64,000 nucleotides of DNA from NCBI GenBank assembly GCA_040880145.1, contig JBBDIZ010000027.1:17069-81068 (forward strand), written 5' to 3'. Both the position numbers and the translations under genes were made by a program. Below are positions 60,942-64,000 of the stretch, in pieces. Every line of letters begins with the position of its first letter. Position 1 is the first letter of the stretch. Under the pieces are notes generated by a model that was given only the letters and a program-made list of their open reading frames with translations, ran no database searches and was not told the origin of the DNA. Origin of the DNA: Simkaniaceae bacterium. GTDB taxonomy: Bacteria; Chlamydiota; Chlamydiia; Chlamydiales; JAJFMI01.

Positions 60942-61939
60942 TCACATTTGAGCAAGATCCCTACACTCGAAAAAGCCCCTGTCTTGGAAAGATTTTGAAG
61001 CGTACTTGTTTAAATAAAGAGGGCTCTTCAAAAAAAACCTATCACATAGAAATTGAAATCAATGACCCCCTCTTGAGTTTTACCCCCGGCGATGCGGTCG
61101 GAATTATTCCAGAGAATGAAGCAAGCGAAGTGGGTGAAATTCTCACCCTTTTGAATGCAACCGGGAGGGAAAACGTCCTTTATCGAGACGAAGAATATGA
61201 ACTTGAAACGCTTCTTCAAAAAGAGATCAACCTCTCTAGGTCCCCTGGAGACCGCACCCTTCCCTTAATCGATTTCTTGCGCAAAAACCCTTTCCCCTCA
61301 ATTGACACACTGATCAAGAAGCTAAGCCCCCTTCTTCCCCGTTTTTACTCAATCGCCTCTTCCCCGAAAGTTTACCCCAATCATATCCACCTCCTAGTCG
61401 GCACATTTACCCGGGAAGTCAATGGCTGCCAAATCCCCGGCCTTGGAAGTCATTACCTTTCTGTTGCAAGCCCTTTAAATGAAACCACTATCCGGCTCTT
61501 TATCCAAAGAAATAAGCGCTTTTCCCTCCCTGAGAGCCCTCAGACTCCTATCATTATGATTGGCCCCGGAACCGGTCTTGCTCCCTATCGAGCTTTCATC
61601 CAAGAGCGCGCGAATGCAAGAAATTGGCTCTTTTTCGGAGAGCGCTCCAGAGCGACTGACTTCTACTATGAAGAAGAGTGGAATGCGCACCCAAATCTTA
61701 AAATCTCGACTGCTTTTTCTCGCGACCAAGAAAATAAAATTTATGTCCAAGATCGACTTAAAGAGGAGTCAAAAGAGCTCATTTCATGGATTGAAAAGGG
61801 CGCAATTATCTATGTCTGCGGCGATGCCAAAAAAATGGCGAAAGCTGTTAGAGCGACACTCGATGAGGTCTTAAGTCAAATTAGCCTCTCGACTAAACAG
61901 CTTATCAAAGACCAACGGCTCCTATTAGACGTCTACTAA
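60938..61939 (+). CDS. cysJ: CysJ-like FAD/NADPH oxidoreductase lacking the flavodoxin domain
   Basis: PRFYSIASS, MIGPGTGLAP, AFSRDQ..KIYVQ, YVCGDA, terminal DVY. Confidence 0.8.
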   Translation: MITFEQDPYTRKSPCLGKILKRTCLNKEGSSKKTYHIEIEINDPLLSFTPGDAVGIIPENEASEVGEILTLLNATGRENVLYRDEEYELETLLQKEINLSRSPGDRTLPLIDFLRKNPFPSIDTLIKKLSPLLPRFYSIASSPKVYPNHIHLLVGTFTREVNGCQIPGLGSHYLSVASPLNETTIRLFIQRNKRFSLPESPQTPIIMIGPGTGLAPYRAFIQERANARNWLFFGERSRATDFYYEEEWNAHPNLKISTAFSRDQENKIYVQDRLKEESKELISWIEKGAIIYVCGDAKKMAKAVRATLDEVLSQISLSTKQLIKDQRLLLDVY

Positions 61940-61953
61940 AGATTGATTTTTTC

Positions 61954-61982
61954 TTGCCATAATATTTACAACTTCTTAAACT
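61954..61982 (+). promoter_or_regulatory. Putative sigma66 promoter
   Basis: TTGCCA-17 nt-TAAACT upstream of the ORF at 62022. Confidence 0.5.
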
Positions 61983-62021
61983 CCAGACTTTTAAATCAAG
62001 AAAACTCCTTGGAGTAATTAA

Positions 62022-62429
62022 ATGAGCCTCACAACTATCTTAATACAATCTGGAGCCATTGGTTTTGGCGCCGAACAGGCGAGCAATCAATATTTCGAAG
62101 CAGCGAAAAAAGGCTGCCTAGGCAAAAGCGCGCCCTTCCTCGAACCCCCTGAAAAAGCGGCTCAGCTTATAGGAGTGAGTGCCTTTTCAGTGAATGCCGT
62201 CACCTCGCTAATCTTCAGCGGATTTAAAAATTATTTTAATTTTAAAGTGCCGACTTTCCTTCCCCCTATTATAAAGTTTAATGTAGGGATACTCGTAACC
62301 CCATTTATTCTGTCTAAATCCCTTCAAAATTCGATAAACTGGGGAAAAGAGGTAAAAAAAGAAGCAAAAAGCCACAAAGCCAATTTATTCCCCTTACATA
62401 AAAATGGTAACTGGGGAAAAGACTTCTAA
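62022..62429 (+). CDS. Hypothetical protein with hydrophobic segments
   Basis: GGAG Shine-Dalgarno, promoter, 135 aa. Confidence 0.55.
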   Translation: MSLTTILIQSGAIGFGAEQASNQYFEAAKKGCLGKSAPFLEPPEKAAQLIGVSAFSVNAVTSLIFSGFKNYFNFKVPTFLPPIIKFNVGILVTPFILSKSLQNSINWGKEVKKEAKSHKANLFPLHKNGNWGKDF

Positions 62430-62499
62430 TTCGTTAATTATCAACTCATGTCAAATAAATTAAAATAATATATTTCCATTTACTCCTCCCCTGTAATTA

Positions 62500-62825
62500 C
62501 AGGGCACCGGACATTAAAAGAATAATTTCCATTTCTATTCGATTTTCAATTTCTTGATCTATCCAATATCCTAGTTGATATCCATAAATATTAGAATCTA
62601 TTCATAGGATAAACGCGAGAGACGCAAGAGGCGGAAAGACGCGAGAGAAAGTAGTTAATGATTTATAATTTCTTCTCTCTGCCTCTCGCGTCTCCCCGCC
62701 TCTTGCGTTAATAGTTTAGAAAGGGGTGTGAATGAAAATGTCATTGGCAGTCTAAAAAGAATGGGGTTACGGTTTAACCCCATTTCTAGGAGGCTAAAAT
62801 TATTATTTTAATGTCTGGTGCCCTG
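62500..62825. mobile_element. Non-coding MITE-like unit bounded by ISAs1-type inverted repeats
   Basis: CAGGGCACCGGACATTAAAAGAATAATTT at 62500 and inverted CAGGGCACCAGACATTAAAATAATAATTT ending at 62825. Confidence 0.75.
62622..62708. repeat. Long imperfect palindrome inside the MITE
   Basis: 26-nt arms 62622-62647 and 62683-62708 are complementary except at 2 positions. Confidence 0.85.
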
Positions 62826-63346
62826 TGACCGATACAAATGCCATTATCGTGACTCCACGCGTTAAGCATGTGTATAGCTTTGAGGTCTTTTTCTGAACAT
62901 GAGGTACCTCGCATAGTTTTCCCGTCGAAACTAACAACCTCTCCTGATTTTTTCTCCTTTATTAGCTCAGTTAAAGTTCGCTGTATTTTCTCAAGCCCAT
63001 CCGGATCCAATGTGGCAAACACACGCTTAAAAGTTTTAACGCAGGGAACCCCATTGGTCATATCTACATATTGAGCTAGCCAATCACTCATTGAATTTGC
63101 CTGAAGCACAATAGCTTCCCAATCATCTGCGCCACACAAGGAACAAACAATTGTGATAAACAATATCGTGGTGAGGGGATGTTTGAAATTGCATGATGCC
63201 CCTCTAGGATCTGTAACAGAATCAAGGGTTTGAATGAGTTTAAGATCGGGCCGAGGATGATTCCCTGTGCATTTTTGAATATGCTTAGGTGCTGGTCGTT
63301 TTTTATCCATGAAGAAATCCTTAATGTTTTTTGTAGAAAAAAACAA
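62786..63346 (-). pseudogene. ISAs1 transposase fragment
   Basis: Only the first DDE Asp region is present; the tail RAPDIKIIILAS is read from the IR. Confidence 0.88.
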
Positions 63347-63399
63347 TATGAAGGATTTCCTGAATAATTCAAATTACTATTTTAATGTCCGGTGCCCTG
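62826..63399 (-). mobile_element. Truncated ISAs1-family element (left end plus 5' part of transposase)
   Basis: IR CAGGGCACCGGACATTAAAA at 63399; ORF has DPR..KHPL, LCGADDW, TFKRVF, SFDGKT.RG, IHMLNAW and is cut by the IR at 62825. Confidence 0.9.
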
Positions 63400-63620
63400 T
63401 AATCCTTCCAAAGCCGTTTGACTTGTCTAACACTAACCCCTAGAATATCAGCTGCTTGTGACTGGTTTATGGTCTTGTTTTGCAATTTATGCATGACCTC
63501 AACCCTTGATAACTCCTTGTTGCTCATACAGATAACCTCCTCCATAGTTGCCCCCATTGGTTTAAATTATTTTTTAACCTAAAGGGACATTTCTATTTGT
63601 GGCCTACATTGTGGCCTACA
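63400..63620 (-). mobile_element. Left-end remnant of an IS1202-like (ex-ISNCY) element
   Basis: End TGTAGGCCACAAATAGAAATGTCCC; HTH N-terminus MSNKELSR..QSQAADILGVSVRQVKRL cut by the ISAs1 IR. Confidence 0.7.
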
Positions 63621-63683
63621 CCCCTTGTTTTTATATATATATTTTGTTAATATAATATAAACTTAAAAGCGAGCTCGTTTGAA

Positions 63684-64000
63684 ATGGATGCTATTTCTTC
63701 CTATTCCCCTTCAGAAAATTACTCTCTAAAAGAGCCGTCGTGCTGTTGCTTTTCTGATACAATCAATGCGATCTGTCAATTCTTTAAAGAGTGGATAGGT
63801 AAAATATTGCTTTATTGTACAGACTACTCATTTGACCAAAAAGGTTTTGAAAAAGCAATTCGGCTGTTTTAATCGAAAATTTGGAAGAAGTTAACGCCTT
63901 ACTAAAAACTGGAGCCTTATTAGAAGCTAAAGACCATTGGAGCTGTACTCCTCTACACCGCGCTGTTTTAAGCGGAAATTTGGAAATATTTAATGCCTTA
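63684..64000 (+). pseudogene. Frameshifted ankyrin-repeat protein (runs off the window)
   Basis: ORF 63684-63872 continues in another frame as AVLIENLEEVNALLKTGALLEAKDHWSCTPLHRAVLSGNLEIFNAL. Confidence 0.75.

Noticed and set aside
62600..62790. CRISPR array or tRNA in the repeat-rich stretch
   Set aside because: No regularly spaced direct repeats and no cloverleaf; none seen anywhere in the window
63088..63372. 94-aa ORF overlapping the ISAs1 transposase
   Set aside because: Alternate frame with no motif

Overview
Chromosomal segment of an environmental chlamydia (phylum Chlamydiota, probably Simkania/Rhabdochlamydia-like; the family is an inference). The assignment rests on chlamydia-specific genes (grgA, euo, giant secDF) and gene order that largely follows C. 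trachomatis blocks as I recall them (CT504-534, CT539-551, CT441-453). Core content: grgA-gapA; the rplC..rplQ ribosomal superoperon; fmt-lpxA-fabZ-lpxC-lnt; rsmB-surA-rsmA; dacA, rsbW, lptE, bamD, dnaE, uhpC; hisS-aspS-mip-trmL; trxA; a cmk-plsC fusion with cdsA and uppS; secDF-recJ; euo, tsp, gltX and a cysJ-like gene. Accessory content: a GT11 fucosyltransferase plus FkbM-like methyltransferase; three tandem membrane proteins at the Cap1 (CT529) position whose motif pattern resembles PEX11 (top hypothesis); an inverse autotransporter with a beta-helix passenger; an exported AroQ-gamma chorismate mutase; several orphans; and a nested IS1202-like/ISAs1/MITE cluster next to a frameshifted ankyrin gene. 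No rRNA, tRNA or CRISPR array was seen. All calls come from reading the sequence by eye; no searches were run.
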